A stretch of 64,000 bases of DNA, taken from assembly GCA_023265625.1 (NCBI GenBank), contig JAHFST010000004.1, positions 129,709 through 193,708 on the forward strand, in the 5' to 3' direction. How positions within the stretch are numbered: the first letter of the stretch is position 1; each line of letters opens with the position of its first letter. Of the stretch, positions 1 through 10,236 are shown one piece after another. A program made the translations under genes and the position numbers. A model generated the notes under the pieces. It searched no databases and was not told the DNA's origin. It saw only the letters and a list, made by a program, of their open reading frames with translations. Source of the stretch: Deltaproteobacteria bacterium (GTDB lineage Bacteria; UBA10199; JACPAL01; JAHFST01).

Positions 1-120
1 TCCATGACGTTGATTTTCCAATTTGGCTTGGAACCAAGCGCAAACTTTGTAATCGTCCTCTCACAATCTGATGCTCTCAAAAATCAGTCTCCCCTGGCTT
101 TTGCCATGGTTTCATTTACC

Positions 121-166
121 CACAAAAAGAAAAAAGCACCGAGCCGACTTGACTAAGTGCTTGATT
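121..166 (-). terminator. Putative rho-independent terminator downstream of tRNA-Gly
   Basis: On the minus strand there is a short GC stem (AGCAC...GUGCU) followed by the T-tract TTTTTTCTTTTT, immediately 3' of the tRNA. The stem is weak. Confidence 0.3.
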
Positions 167-173
167 CTAAATG

Positions 174-245
174 AGCGGGAGACGGGGGTTGAACCCGCGA
201 CCCTTAGCTTGGGAAGCTAATGCTCTACCACTGAGCTACTCCCGC
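174..245 (-). tRNA. tRNA-Gly (anticodon CCC)
   Basis: The reverse complement folds as a cloverleaf: acceptor stem GCGGGAG/CTCCCGC, D-arm GCTC-AGTGGTA-GAGC, anticodon stem TTAGC/GCTAA with loop TTCCCAA (anticodon CCC), T-arm GCGGG-TTCAACC-CCCGT, discriminator U. It is 72 nt with no encoded CCA. Confidence 0.85.
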
Positions 246-427
246 AGTTTTCCAACGCCGAAGGACTTTAACCACACAACTCTCGAATATCAATATGAAA
301 TTAACATATGAAATAAACCGATTTCACTTTGGCAATTGGAATGGGTCCAAAAGTCATTGTGAGGTCATTATCGGGTCAATTTCGTCTCTTTCGTGGGAGC
401 ATTGTGGAAAAGAATTTAAGGGGTGAA

Positions 428-712
428 TTATCTAAGGCTAATCTCGACCCGTCGTCCCACAACAGAAGCAAACTTGATGAGGGTATCCAATTCGATATTG
501 GCTTCGGGATCACTGATGAGCCTTTCCACCTGTGATTTGCTGGTTCCCATTAGGGTCGCCACCTTCCTGATGGACAGGTGGGACCGTGTCATGGCTCCCC
601 GTAGTCTTTCCGCCAGCCTCAAACGTTCCTTTTCCTTCTTGAACAAGACCTCAAATTTTGGACTTTTCAAGTCCATTGCGAGGTCTTTGTGAAAATCTCC
701 GCTGGTTTTCAT
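428..712 (-). CDS. HTH XRE-family antitoxin (HigA-like)
   Basis: 94 aa. A helix-turn-helix segment (SIRKVATLMGTSKSQVERL) is visible. It lies 13 bp downstream of a RelE/HigB-like toxin on the same strand. Confidence 0.7.
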   Translation of the reverse strand: MKTSGDFHKDLAMDLKSPKFEVLFKKEKERLRLAERLRGAMTRSHLSIRKVATLMGTSKSQVERLISDPEANIELDTLIKFASVVGRRVEISLR

Positions 713-725
713 AATTAACCCTCCT

Positions 726-1043
726 TTACGAGTTCATTCGGTTGCAAGCCGTCTCAATCTCCCGCTGCGGTGTCTTATCCGACTTCTTCCGAAAGGCGTG
801 AAGCAACACGACCCTTCCCTCATGGTAACAGTAAAAAACCCGATGGTTTCCGGGTCGTAATTCATAGAGGCCGGGGTAACCAGAAATCTTCTTGGCATGA
901 GGTTCATTCAGGACCACCTTCTCCGAAAGATAATCAATCAGGGCCTTCACCTTGGCTCGTTCCTTATCGGGAAGTGAGTCGATATAACCCCGTACCGGCT
1001 GATCTCCACGCACTGTCTCAAAGTAGGTAACCTTGATGCCCAC
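726..1043 (-). CDS. RelE/HigB (Gp49-like) type II toxin
   Basis: 105 aa. The C-terminal signature GLYELRPGNHRVFYCYHEGRVVLLHAFRKKSDKTPQREIE is typical of HigB/Gp49 (DUF891) mRNA interferases. It sits upstream of the HTH antitoxin. Confidence 0.7.
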   Translation of the reverse strand: MGIKVTYFETVRGDQPVRGYIDSLPDKERAKVKALIDYLSEKVVLNEPHAKKISGYPGLYELRPGNHRVFYCYHEGRVVLLHAFRKKSDKTPQREIETACNRMNS

Positions 1044-1055
1044 TAATAAGAAGTG

Positions 1056-1071
1056 TACCTATAAATAGGGA
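1056..1071. promoter_or_regulatory. NarL/NarP-like 7-2-7 heptamer pair (TACCTAT-AA-ATAGGGA)
   Basis: The inverted heptamers match the TACYYMT consensus (second half has one mismatch). The site is about 190 bp upstream of the porin/nnrS/nar cluster. This is sequence-only support. Confidence 0.3.
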
Positions 1072-1194
1072 CATTGTCAAAGTAAGGTTTGCTGGGTGAA
1101 ATATGCTACGTGGTTACGAACTTATGTAAAACTGACCTGATAAGAATCATATCGTCTCCTGTTTCCCATCATTGGCCTATCCACAAATAAAATT

Positions 1195-1236
1195 AATGTG
1201 GTTTCATATTTCATAAATATTATCTAAGACCACATT
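1195..1236. promoter_or_regulatory. Perfect 8-bp inverted repeat AATGTGGT-N26-ACCACATT in the porin leader
   Basis: Read directly from the sequence. It lies 23-64 bp upstream of the ATG at 1259 and has an AT-rich spacer. Confidence 0.3.
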
Positions 1237-1258
1237 TCACTAACTTAGGGGGATTCTT

Positions 1259-2455
1259 ATGCGTAAAAAGATTCAATGGTGGGTCACTACCGCTCTCATG
1301 ATCGTGGTCACGCAACTCTTGCCCACCGGTTCGGCGCAGGCGACCATCGAGGGCGGATATAAGGACGGCCTTTACCTCCAAACGGACGACGGGAATTACC
1401 AGGTTAAAACGAATTTCTTTCTGCAGTTTCAGCATCAGTTCTTGAACATCGAGGGGCAAGGCAAGACAAACGGGCTGCAGATTCGGCGCAGTCGGGTGGT
1501 TTTTTCCGGCAACGCCTTTTCACCCGAATTGACCTACAAGTTTGAATTGGAACTCGGGAGCGGCCTGACCAATAATGTTTCCCGGGCCGTTGCCGAGACG
1601 GGTCCGAATCTGCGTGATGCATGGATCAATTATGACGTTAAAAACGGCATCGAAATCAGGGCGGGGCAATTCAAGGTCCCTTTCAACCTGGCCGAACTGA
1701 TCCCCGACCACAAGCAACAGTTTATCGATCGTTCCACGGTCAATGACGCCTTGGGTTACAGTCGCGACATGGGGATTGATGTGCACGGGCGCGTGATTGA
1801 TAAAAAATTGGAATATCATGTCTACGTATTTAATGAAGGCTTGAACAGCAACAAGTTCAACAACACCAACGATATGCTGTTTGGCGGCCGCTTAGGTTAC
1901 AATTTTCTCGGCGACCACGGCTACACCTCCAGTGACGTGGAGGATTCCGAAGACCCCCAGCTCATGGCGGGAGTTGCCACCACCGTCAATCGTGTCAATC
2001 CAGCCGGAGCGAAACAAACCCTCATCGCCACCACGGGGGATGTGGCCTTTCGCTATAAGGGATTTTCCACCATCGGTTCGGGCTATTATCTGCGCAATCA
2101 GACCGGCAAGACGAACACCTATGCCTTGGAGGGGCAAGCCGGTTATTTCGTTATTCCAAAACATCTGGAAGTCATCGCCCGCTACAGTGGCGTCATTCCA
2201 ACGGCAGGCGGTGTTACCAACGGGCATGAAGTCGGCGGCGGCTTGAATTACACCTTCTACGGGCATCGCCTCAAACTCATGATGGACTATGCCATTTTGA
2301 TCAATAGTCCGCTGGTGCTGGGCAACACGACGGTGGTGCCAGCCATCGCCGCCGTGGCCGGCCCCAAGGCCATTATTGTGACCGGAGGCGCACCGGCCTT
2401 CATTCAAAATCAGAACGATCACCGCGTCAGAACCCAATTGCAGGTATTTTTCTGA
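1259..2455 (+). CDS. Outer-membrane beta-barrel porin, probably the anion-selective OprO/OprP (phosphate porin) family
   Basis: 398 aa. The signal peptide is MRKKIQWWVTTALMIVVTQLLPTGSAQA. The protein has alternating beta-strand character and a C-terminal aromatic residue (..LQVFF), and is preceded by the RBS AGGGGGA. Confidence 0.6.
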   Translation: MRKKIQWWVTTALMIVVTQLLPTGSAQATIEGGYKDGLYLQTDDGNYQVKTNFFLQFQHQFLNIEGQGKTNGLQIRRSRVVFSGNAFSPELTYKFELELGSGLTNNVSRAVAETGPNLRDAWINYDVKNGIEIRAGQFKVPFNLAELIPDHKQQFIDRSTVNDALGYSRDMGIDVHGRVIDKKLEYHVYVFNEGLNSNKFNNTNDMLFGGRLGYNFLGDHGYTSSDVEDSEDPQLMAGVATTVNRVNPAGAKQTLIATTGDVAFRYKGFSTIGSGYYLRNQTGKTNTYALEGQAGYFVIPKHLEVIARYSGVIPTAGGVTNGHEVGGGLNYTFYGHRLKLMMDYAILINSPLVLGNTTVVPAIAAVAGPKAIIVTGGAPAFIQNQNDHRVRTQLQVFF

Positions 2456-2511
2456 CGATCGAACGGCCGCGCTCCCTAAATCCTTATCAGATCTGGTTTC
2501 CGATCGGATGG

Positions 2512-3636
2512 TTGTTTGGGATGGTGGGAGTGTCTCTCTGGCTTTTTCTCGTCACCGGGACCATTTCCTTTTACCCTAGAGAAATACACGCCGATATCAT
2601 GATGGGTGGTTTTCTCTTTCTCTTCTCAGCCGGATTTCTGATGACGGCCTTGCCCCAATTCACGGCAAGTTTTCCAATGGTCACCCATGAGTGGATTATT
2701 TTTGGCCTGTTGACCCTCTTTTTATCCGTAACCGCTCTCTTGCAAGATCGCTTTCCATTTCATTTCACTCTTGCCTTAAGTTTTACATTCCTGATCCGTT
2801 TTTTTATTTGGCGGATTTTCAAACGGACGGCCATGCCGCCTCCGCCTCTTTGGTTTGCATTAATTGGCCTCTTTGTTGGTTTGGCGGGAATTACACTGAT
2901 CGCGGTTTATGAGAAAACGGGACAAACTGAGGTATTGCTGTCCTTGGGAAGACTCTTTTTTTACCAGGGCATGCAACTTTTTCTGGTCTTGGGCGTTGGT
3001 CTCTTCTTGATTCCGAATCTCTTGGGAAATTTTTCTTGTTCGCCCCCGATGGGCTTTGGAAATTCCCAGCCTGCTTACCTGGCATCGATTCCCAAACCAT
3101 TTTGGACCATTGCGACATTGCTGATCGCTTCGTTCATTTTAGAGGCTCACTCCTGTCCGATACTCGGTCGCATGATTCGAGCGATGCTATTTTCTTTAGT
3201 GGCGTTTCATGACTGGAAAATGATGCGTCTCCCACGCGTGCGCTCGACCCTATCCATCGGCCTATGGATCTCCTGCTGGTTTTTAATCGGAGGTCTTTGG
3301 TTGCAGGTCATGGCTCCCAACACGGATCTCCATGTGAGACACCTCACCTATATCGGAGGTTTTAGTCTGATGACACTCATGATCGCCACACGTGTCACCT
3401 TGGCTCATGGCGGACATGACTTGAGGATTGAAAAGGATTCTCTGCTGCTAAAAATAACTCTCGGTTTGATCGTATTGGCTGCATTGACCAGGGCCAGCGC
3501 CCGTTTTCTTCCGGAGGCATTTTACTGGCAGCACCTGGGTTATTCCGCCCTGGCCTGGATGGGTGCCTCATTTCTGTGGGCGTGGCTGTGTCTCCCCAAA
3601 ATACCCGCGCTCGTCACCCCCGATGGAAACACCTGA
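2512..3636 (+). CDS. nnrS: NnrS-like haem-copper membrane protein (NO-response family)
   Basis: 374 aa with about 12 predicted TM helices and conserved His residues. Its size and context (porin upstream, nar operon downstream) fit NnrS. The family assignment is from memory and of moderate confidence. Confidence 0.45.
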   Translation: MFGMVGVSLWLFLVTGTISFYPREIHADIMMGGFLFLFSAGFLMTALPQFTASFPMVTHEWIIFGLLTLFLSVTALLQDRFPFHFTLALSFTFLIRFFIWRIFKRTAMPPPPLWFALIGLFVGLAGITLIAVYEKTGQTEVLLSLGRLFFYQGMQLFLVLGVGLFLIPNLLGNFSCSPPMGFGNSQPAYLASIPKPFWTIATLLIASFILEAHSCPILGRMIRAMLFSLVAFHDWKMMRLPRVRSTLSIGLWISCWFLIGGLWLQVMAPNTDLHVRHLTYIGGFSLMTLMIATRVTLAHGGHDLRIEKDSLLLKITLGLIVLAALTRASARFLPEAFYWQHLGYSALAWMGASFLWAWLCLPKIPALVTPDGNT

Positions 3637-3654
3637 TAAAGATCATGCGGTTCG

Positions 3655-3668
3655 TTGATCCTGATCAT
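3655..3668. promoter_or_regulatory. FNR/CRP-family box TTGAT-CCTG-ATCAT
   Basis: One mismatch to the TTGAT-N4-ATCAA consensus. It is about 40 bp upstream of the dihaem cytochrome gene that heads the nar operon. Confidence 0.35.
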
Positions 3669-3704
3669 ACCTCTTGCAACGTTTTTTAGTCATTATCTTC
3701 CGTA

Positions 3705-4511
3705 ATGAAAAAGTTCGTCCTGTTTCTTTTCGCCTTCGCCCCCCTGGTTGTATTTAGCAATAATATCCACGCCTTCGATGCACCCGCGTATTTTACAAAA
3801 AACTGTAGCAGCTGCCACACCGTTGGCGGGGGTGACGACGTGGGTCCGGATCTCAAGGGGATTTCGGACCGGCGCAGCAAGGAATGGCTAACGACTTGGA
3901 TCCCATCTTCGCAATCCATGATCGAGAAAGGTGACCCCATCGGTGTTGAGCTCTTCAATAAATTTAAAAGGAAGAAGATGCCTGATCAAGATCTCAACCC
4001 GGAAGAAGTGGCGGCCCTGCTCGCTTTCATCAAGGCGGGCGGACCGGCGGAGGCTCCGATAGACAGTCGGCCGGCCTCCAGCGCCACTGAGGCAGACATT
4101 GCGAAGGGGCGAGAACTTTTTCTCGGAAAAATTCCTCTCAGCCATGGCGCTCCTGCCTGCATCTCCTGTCACGGGGCCGGTGGTGTCGGGATGTTGGGTG
4201 GCGGCACCTTCGCCCCCAACCTGACGCAGGCCTATTCCAAATATGAAGATAAGGGGCTCTCAAAGTCCCTCGCCAAACCGGGCTTTCGGGTGATGAAAGA
4301 GGTATTTGCCGACAAGCCGCTGACCGCCGACGAGGCCTTTGCCCTCAAGGCCTTCCTCTATCAGACTGACAAGGCAGGATATCAAGGCGGCGATGAGCAG
4401 AAAAAGTTTATTTTCCTGGGGATGGGCGGCTGCGCCGTTCTTCTTGGGGTGACGGACTTTATCTGGAGAAAACGCCGTCGCAAATCAACCAAACCGTGGG
4501 CGAAAGGTTAA
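3705..4511 (+). CDS. Membrane-anchored dihaem cytochrome c
   Basis: 268 aa. Features are an N-terminal signal peptide, two CxxCH motifs (CSSCH, CISCH), and a C-terminal TM helix followed by RKRRRK. Confidence 0.8.
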   Translation: MKKFVLFLFAFAPLVVFSNNIHAFDAPAYFTKNCSSCHTVGGGDDVGPDLKGISDRRSKEWLTTWIPSSQSMIEKGDPIGVELFNKFKRKKMPDQDLNPEEVAALLAFIKAGGPAEAPIDSRPASSATEADIAKGRELFLGKIPLSHGAPACISCHGAGGVGMLGGGTFAPNLTQAYSKYEDKGLSKSLAKPGFRVMKEVFADKPLTADEAFALKAFLYQTDKAGYQGGDEQKKFIFLGMGGCAVLLGVTDFIWRKRRRKSTKPWAKG

Positions 4512-4513
4512 TT

Positions 4514-7500
4514 ATGCCGGAGAAAAAGAGAAATTGGATCGACGATCTTGTCTCCCCTGAAACACGGGACTGGGAAGAATTTTATCGCAATCGTTGGCAA
4601 TACGACAAGGTCGTCCGCAGCTCGCATGGGGTAAATTGCACCGGTGGCTGCTCCTGGAACATCCATGTGAAAGACGGGATTGTCACCTGGGAGATGCAGG
4701 CCCTCGATTATCCCCTGTTGGAAAAATCGCTGCCGGCTTACGAGCCCCGAGGTTGCCAACGCGGCATCTCGTTTTCCTGGTATCTCTACAGCCCGATTCG
4801 CGTGAAATATCCCTATATCCGGGGGGCCCTGCTCGATCTCTGGCAGGACATGAAGGCGAAGTACGGTGATCCGGTGGAGGCCTGGAAGGCGATTCAAGAC
4901 AATCCGGACCTGCGCGAACGCTATCAACGGGCCCGTGGCAAGGGCGGATTTCGTCGGATCGTGTGGGAGGAGGCCCTCGAGCTGATTTCCGCCGCCAACA
5001 TTCACACGGTCAAGAAATACGGTCCGGATCGTTTGACCGGGTTCTCGCCCATCCCCGCCATGTCGATGATCAGCTACGCCTCGGGGGCGCGTTTTCTCCA
5101 GTTGATGGGGGGCGTATGTCTCAGTTTTTACGATTGGTACTGCGACCTGCCACCGGCGTCACCGGAAATTTGGGGCGAACAAACGGATGTGGCCGAAAGT
5201 GCCGATTGGTTTAATTCAAAATTTCTCGCCGTGATGGGAGCCAATCTCAATATGACCCGTACGCCCGACTGCCACTTTGCCGCTGAGGCGCGGCACAACG
5301 GCACCAAGATGGTCGTTTTTGCCCCCGACTTCAATCAAGTGGCCAAGTATGCCGATCAATGGATTCCCATCCACGCCGGCCAGGACGGGGCCTTTTGGAT
5401 GTCGGTGGGACACGTCATCCTCAAGGAATACCATCACGAAAAGAAGATCCCTTATTTTCTGGAATACACCAAGCGGTACACGGATTGCCCTTTTCTGGTG
5501 GAACTTGTGAAAAAGGGAAATCATTACGAGCCCGGGAAATTCTTGCGCGCCAATCGACTGAAAAAATATGAAAAGACCGAGTTGGGGGACTGGAAATTTA
5601 TTGTCCTGGATGAAAAATCAGGCCAGCCCTTCTGTCCGAAGGGGAGCGTGGGCCATCGCTGGCAGGAAAAGCCGGGACAATGGAATCTGGAATGGAAGGA
5701 CAGTGTGGATGATACGGCGTTTGAACCCAGACTCTCACTCCTGGAGAACTCTCACGACATACTTCAAGTTCAGTTTCGGGAGTTTGGTAACGACACCGAA
5801 GGGCTGCGCGGCGTCCCGATCCAATATCTGGAAACCAATGAGGGTAAGGTAGCTGTCACCACCGTCTATGATTTGTTGATGGGTCAATACGGGGTCGCGC
5901 GCGGGCTTGCCGGCGACTATCCGACAGACTACGACGTTGAAGAGGCCGGCTACACCCCCGCGTGGCAGGAAAAATTCACCGGGGTCGGGAAGAAAACGTT
6001 GCTGCAATTCGCCCGCTCTTGGGCAGAGACAGCGGAAAAAACCGGTGGAAAATGTTCCATCATCATCGGCGCCGGCATTGATCATTGGTATCACAATAAC
6101 CTGATCTATCGCGCCGGCATCAATGCCCTGATGTTTTGCGGATGCATCGGTGTCAACGGCGGCGGTCTCAATCATTATGTCGGGCAGGAAAAATTGGCGC
6201 CCCAGGCGCCCTGGAGCTCCATTGCCTTCGCCAAAGACTGGCATGCGCCGTCACGGCTGCAAAACGCCCCTTCGTGGCACTATCTGCATTCCGACCAATG
6301 GCGTTATGAGGGGGAATTCAGCGAGTACCACAAGTGTCCGGACGATCCGCTGACCCGAGGACATACAGCGGATTTCAACATCCGGGCGGTCAAGAATGGT
6401 TGGCTCCCCTTCTATCCCCAGTACAACAAGAGCAATCTCGAGCTCTGCGCGGAGGCGACTAAGAATGGGGCCAAGAATGACGCCGAGATCGCCGCCTATG
6501 TTTTGGCGCAGGTAAAGGCAAAAAAGATTGAGCACTCGGTCGAAAACCCCGATGCCCAGGAAAACTGGCCCCGTGTCTGGTACATCTGGCGCGGCAATGC
6601 CTTGATGTCCTCTGCCAAGGGACATGAGTATTTTTTAAAACATTATTTGGGAACTCACACCAACACCATAGCCGATGAACTCGCCAAGGATAGTGTCAAG
6701 GAAATCAAATGGTGGGAACACGCCCCGCGCGGAAAAATGGACCTGATTGTGGACCTGAACTTCCGGATGGACACGTCGGCCCTCTACTCCGACATCATCC
6801 TGCCAGCGGCCACTTGGTATGAAAAAGCCGATCTCAATACCACCGATATGCATTCGTATATTCACCCACTTTCGAAGGCGATTACACCTGCCTGGGAATC
6901 ACGGAGTGACTGGGATATCTTTCGGTCTATTGCCAAGAAAACAAGTGAATTGGCAGAAAAGTACCTCCCCAACCCGGTGAAGGATGTCGTGACTCTCCCC
7001 TTAATGCACGATTCACCGGATGAAATGGCCCAGAAGCAGGTCCTCGATTGGAGCAAGGGAGAGTGCGATCCGATCCCGGGAAAATCCATGTACAAGTTTG
7101 CCGTGGTCGAGCGTGACTACACACAGATTTACCACAAATTTATTTCACTGGGTCCGCTCGCGCGCTCCGGCCTTGGGGCCCATGGGGTCAAATACGACAG
7201 CTCCGATTTTTACGATCAAATGATGAAGGATCTACCGACCATCGAGTGGGGCGGAAATAAATATCCCTCGATCAAAGAAGACATCGAGGCGGCGAATGCC
7301 GTCCTGCAACTGGCGCCAGAGACCAATGGAGAATTGGCCTATCGGGCCTATGAACACGTCGAAAAAAGGGTCGGACTGAAGCTGACTGATCTTGCCGCCG
7401 GTAGCCGTAACATCAGGACCAGCTATGCGGATCTTCAAGCCCAACCCCGTCGTCTCTTGAACAGCCCGATCTGGTCCGGACTCATGACGGATGGGCGGGC

Positions 7501-8143
7501 TTATTCAGCCTACACTTACAATATCGAAAAATTGGTTCCGTGGCGGACACTCACGGGACGACAGAGTTTCTACCTGGATCACGAGGCCTATATTGCCTTC
7601 GGCGAAAATCTGCCCGTCTACAAACCCTCGCCATCACCGGAGATGTACGGCGACCTGAAAAAGACCAAGATCGACGGCAAGGTGAAGGAAAAACGACTGA
7701 ACTATCTCACACCCCACGGCAAATGGCACATCCACTCCACTTACGGCGATACGCTGCGCATGCTCACCCTGTCGCGCGGGGCGGAGCCTTTCTGGATGAG
7801 CGAGACGGATGCGGCCGAACTTGAGATCAACGACAATGATTACGTCGAGGTACACAACGATCACGGCGTTGTGGTGACGCGCGCCTGCGTCAGTGCCCGT
7901 ATCCCCAAGGGAGTGTGCATCATCTACCACTCTCCCGAGCGCACCTACTCCGTGCCAAAATCACCGCTGCGCGGCAACCGGCGCGCCGGCGGGCATAACA
8001 GCCTGACGCGTGTCCGACTCAAACCAAATCTGATGGTGGGCGGCTATGCCCAATTTACTTATCATTTTAATTATTGGGGTCCGACGGGTTGCAACCGCGA
8101 TACCCATGTGCTGGTGAGAAAGTTGGATAAATTAATTTGGTAG
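4514..8143 (+). CDS. narG: Respiratory nitrate reductase alpha subunit NarG (a cytoplasmic NxrA-type enzyme cannot be excluded)
   Basis: About 1209 aa. The N-terminus [25 protein letters not shown] is the hallmark NarG Fe-S/Mo-bisPGD motif, and there is no Tat signal. The start was set at ATG (MPEKKRN) a few codons inside the ORF-track start. Confidence 0.93.
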   Translation: MPEKKRNWIDDLVSPETRDWEEFYRNRWQYDKVVRSSHGVNCTGGCSWNIHVKDGIVTWEMQALDYPLLEKSLPAYEPRGCQRGISFSWYLYSPIRVKYPYIRGALLDLWQDMKAKYGDPVEAWKAIQDNPDLRERYQRARGKGGFRRIVWEEALELISAANIHTVKKYGPDRLTGFSPIPAMSMISYASGARFLQLMGGVCLSFYDWYCDLPPASPEIWGEQTDVAESADWFNSKFLAVMGANLNMTRTPDCHFAAEARHNGTKMVVFAPDFNQVAKYADQWIPIHAGQDGAFWMSVGHVILKEYHHEKKIPYFLEYTKRYTDCPFLVELVKKGNHYEPGKFLRANRLKKYEKTELGDWKFIVLDEKSGQPFCPKGSVGHRWQEKPGQWNLEWKDSVDDTAFEPRLSLLENSHDILQVQFREFGNDTEGLRGVPIQYLETNEGKVAVTTVYDLLMGQYGVARGLAGDYPTDYDVEEAGYTPAWQEKFTGVGKKTLLQFARSWAETAEKTGGKCSIIIGAGIDHWYHNNLIYRAGINALMFCGCIGVNGGGLNHYVGQEKLAPQAPWSSIAFAKDWHAPSRLQNAPSWHYLHSDQWRYEGEFSEYHKCPDDPLTRGHTADFNIRAVKNGWLPFYPQYNKSNLELCAEATKNGAKNDAEIAAYVLAQVKAKKIEHSVENPDAQENWPRVWYIWRGNALMSSAKGHEYFLKHYLGTHTNTIADELAKDSVKEIKWWEHAPRGKMDLIVDLNFRMDTSALYSDIILPAATWYEKADLNTTDMHSYIHPLSKAITPAWESRSDWDIFRSIAKKTSELAEKYLPNPVKDVVTLPLMHDSPDEMAQKQVLDWSKGECDPIPGKSMYKFAVVERDYTQIYHKFISLGPLARSGLGAHGVKYDSSDFYDQMMKDLPTIEWGGNKYPSIKEDIEAANAVLQLAPETNGELAYRAYEHVEKRVGLKLTDLAAGSRNIRTSYADLQAQPRRLLNSPIWSGLMTDGRAYSAYTYNIEKLVPWRTLTGRQSFYLDHEAYIAFGENLPVYKPSPSPEMYGDLKKTKIDGKVKEKRLNYLTPHGKWHIHSTYGDTLRMLTLSRGAEPFWMSETDAAELEINDNDYVEVHNDHGVVVTRACVSARIPKGVCIIYHSPERTYSVPKSPLRGNRRAGGHNSLTRVRLKPNLMVGGYAQFTYHFNYWGPTGCNRDTHVLVRKLDKLIW

Positions 8144-8152
8144 GGAGACATC

Positions 8153-9643
8153 ATGGATATCCGTTCACAAATTGGCGTCGTCTTTCATCTTGATAAATGC
8201 ATCGGCTGTCATACCTGCTCGATCGCCTGCAAGAATGTCTGGACCGATCGAAAAGGCGCTGAATACATGTGGTGGAACAATGTCGAGACCAAGCCAGGCA
8301 CCGGTTACCCCACACAATGGGAAAATCAAGAAGAGTACAAGGGCGGCTGGGAGAAGAAGGGAAATAGCATCGTCCTGCGCGGGGCCGGAAAGCTCAAGGG
8401 GCTCAAGAATATTTTTCACAACCCAAATCTCCCAACCATCGACGACTATTACGAGCCGTGGACGTATCGCTACGAAGACCTGTTTACGGCCCCGGAAGGC
8501 AACGATCAGCCGACGGCGCGGCCGGTCTCCCTGATTACGGGCGAACCGATCGAGGTAAAGTCGGGTCCCAACTGGGATGACGACCTGTCCGGATCCCCCG
8601 ATTATGCCCGCAAGGATCCAAATTTTAAGAATCTCTCCGCCACCGAGCAGGAGGCGATGTTTCAAGTGGAAAAGATGGTGATGTTTTATCTCCCGCGGAT
8701 CTGCAACCACTGCCTGAATCCGGCCTGTGTCGCCGCTTGCCCGTCGGGGGCCATTTACAAGCGGGGCGAGGACGGTGTTGTCCTGATCAACCAGAATAAA
8801 TGCCGCGCCTGGCGGATGTGCGTAACGGCCTGTCCCTACAAAAAAACTTACTTCAATTGGTCCACCGGAAAATCGGAAAAATGCATCCTGTGTTACCCGC
8901 GCCTTGAGACGGGCCAGGCCCCCGCCTGCATGCATTCCTGCGTCGGACGGATCCGTTATCTCGGCGTTCTCCTCTACGACGCCGACCGGATCCACGAGGT
9001 GGCGTCCACCGAAGAGTCGCAATTGGTCGATTGGCAGCGTGACATGATCTTGGATCCCAACGATCCCAAGGTGATTGAGGAGGCCGTAAAAAATGGGGTT
9101 CATTTCTCGATCATCGAGGCCGCTCAGAAATCACCCGTGTACCGCTTCGTGAAGGAATGGAAGCTTGCCCTTCCCCTGCACCCCGAATATCGCACGCTGC
9201 CCATGCTGTTTTACGTGCCGCCGCTCTTGCCGATTTTAGGGACAACGGATGACGATATCTACGACACAACGACCGAAGGTCTCTTCTCCACCATCGAAAA
9301 AACCCGCCTGCCCATTCAATACTTAGCCAGCCTCTTCACCGCCGGCAATGAGGGAAAGATTCGCGAGGTCTTGAAAAAAATGATGGCCGTTCGGCTGCAT
9401 CGTCGCCACATCACCGTGGGCGACATGGACCCTGTGCTGGTGAGGAACGCCCTGCAGGAGGTTCAGACACCGCCGGACATGGCGGATGCGATCTATCGCC
9501 TCACGTCGCTCGCTAATTTCGAGGACCGATTTGTCATTCCGATGGCGCATCGTGAAGAGGCCATTGAGATGCTGGAATCCGTCTTCGAAGAAAAAGGCGC
9601 CACCGGGTTTGGCTTCCGCATGGCCCCAGAAAGGGGGCTCTGA
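8153..9643 (+). CDS. narH: Nitrate reductase beta subunit NarH
   Basis: 496 aa. It has four Cys clusters (CIGCHTCSIAC, CNHCLNPACVAACP etc.) typical of the NarH Fe-S subunit. Confidence 0.93.
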   Translation: MDIRSQIGVVFHLDKCIGCHTCSIACKNVWTDRKGAEYMWWNNVETKPGTGYPTQWENQEEYKGGWEKKGNSIVLRGAGKLKGLKNIFHNPNLPTIDDYYEPWTYRYEDLFTAPEGNDQPTARPVSLITGEPIEVKSGPNWDDDLSGSPDYARKDPNFKNLSATEQEAMFQVEKMVMFYLPRICNHCLNPACVAACPSGAIYKRGEDGVVLINQNKCRAWRMCVTACPYKKTYFNWSTGKSEKCILCYPRLETGQAPACMHSCVGRIRYLGVLLYDADRIHEVASTEESQLVDWQRDMILDPNDPKVIEEAVKNGVHFSIIEAAQKSPVYRFVKEWKLALPLHPEYRTLPMLFYVPPLLPILGTTDDDIYDTTTEGLFSTIEKTRLPIQYLASLFTAGNEGKIREVLKKMMAVRLHRRHITVGDMDPVLVRNALQEVQTPPDMADAIYRLTSLANFEDRFVIPMAHREEAIEMLESVFEEKGATGFGFRMAPERGL

Positions 9644-10236
9644 TGCAAACCGACTACCCTTTCTTGGCCGATCTTTTAAAATATCCGACCGGCCAATTAA
9701 GAGTTCGATTGGCAGACTGTCAAAACGAGACTTTGTCTCCGTTGATCGATTACGTGCGCAGCGTCTCCGACACGGAATGGGAGGAACTCTACATCCGCAC
9801 CTTTGATATTCAGGCCATCTGCTATCTGGAGATCGGCTACGTCCTGTTCGGAGAGGATTACAAGCGTGGCCACTTTCTCGTCAAGTTGCAGGGCCTGCAA
9901 CGCGCCCATGACAATGACTGTGGCACGGAATTATCGGATCATCTGATCAACATCCTGACCCTCCTGCCCAAAATGCAGGATCGGGAAGAGGCGCGTGACA
10001 TGGTAGAGCGGCTCATCCTGCCCGCCATGCAAAAGATGCTGCAGGGTTTCTCCAAAGGGGGAAACGTCTATCAGGCGGTGTTGCAGACCATCGTGGCAGT
10101 CCTCAAAAAAGACTACGATTGTACCGACCCCATTGATGAAAAGCCCGGTCGCGATTTTAGCCACTACGACGCCTCGCTCGAATTGCCTTCTTACAACCCC
10201 AGCACGAATCCCTGGGATATTTGGAGGGAACCGTGA
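9643..10236 (+). CDS. narJ: Nitrate reductase assembly chaperone NarJ
   Basis: 197 aa in the NarJ/TorD family. It lies between narH and narI and overlaps the narH stop. Confidence 0.85.
   Translation: MQTDYPFLADLLKYPTGQLRVRLADCQNETLSPLIDYVRSVSDTEWEELYIRTFDIQAICYLEIGYVLFGEDYKRGHFLVKLQGLQRAHDNDCGTELSDHLINILTLLPKMQDREEARDMVERLILPAMQKMLQGFSKGGNVYQAVLQTIVAVLKKDYDCTDPIDEKPGRDFSHYDASLELPSYNPSTNPWDIWREP

Noticed and set aside
329-692. Small plus-strand ORFs (329..535, 423..692) overlapping the antitoxin region
   Set aside because: They overlap the better-supported minus-strand HTH antitoxin and have no motifs.
4514-8143. Calling the enzyme nitrite oxidoreductase (NxrA) rather than NarG
   Set aside because: Cytoplasmic NxrA and NarG are indistinguishable by eye. 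The presence of narJ, narI and two narK genes fits ordinary nitrate respiration. It is left as NarG with the caveat stated.
8165-9103. 312-aa antisense ORF inside narH. Similar long antisense ORFs were seen at 17276..18355, 11510..12214, 13152..13739, 19070..19732, 52710..53348 and 43653..44378.
   Set aside because: These ORFs lie opposite strongly supported genes in GC-rich DNA. They have no motifs, no signal or RBS context, and the skewed amino-acid composition typical of antisense frames.
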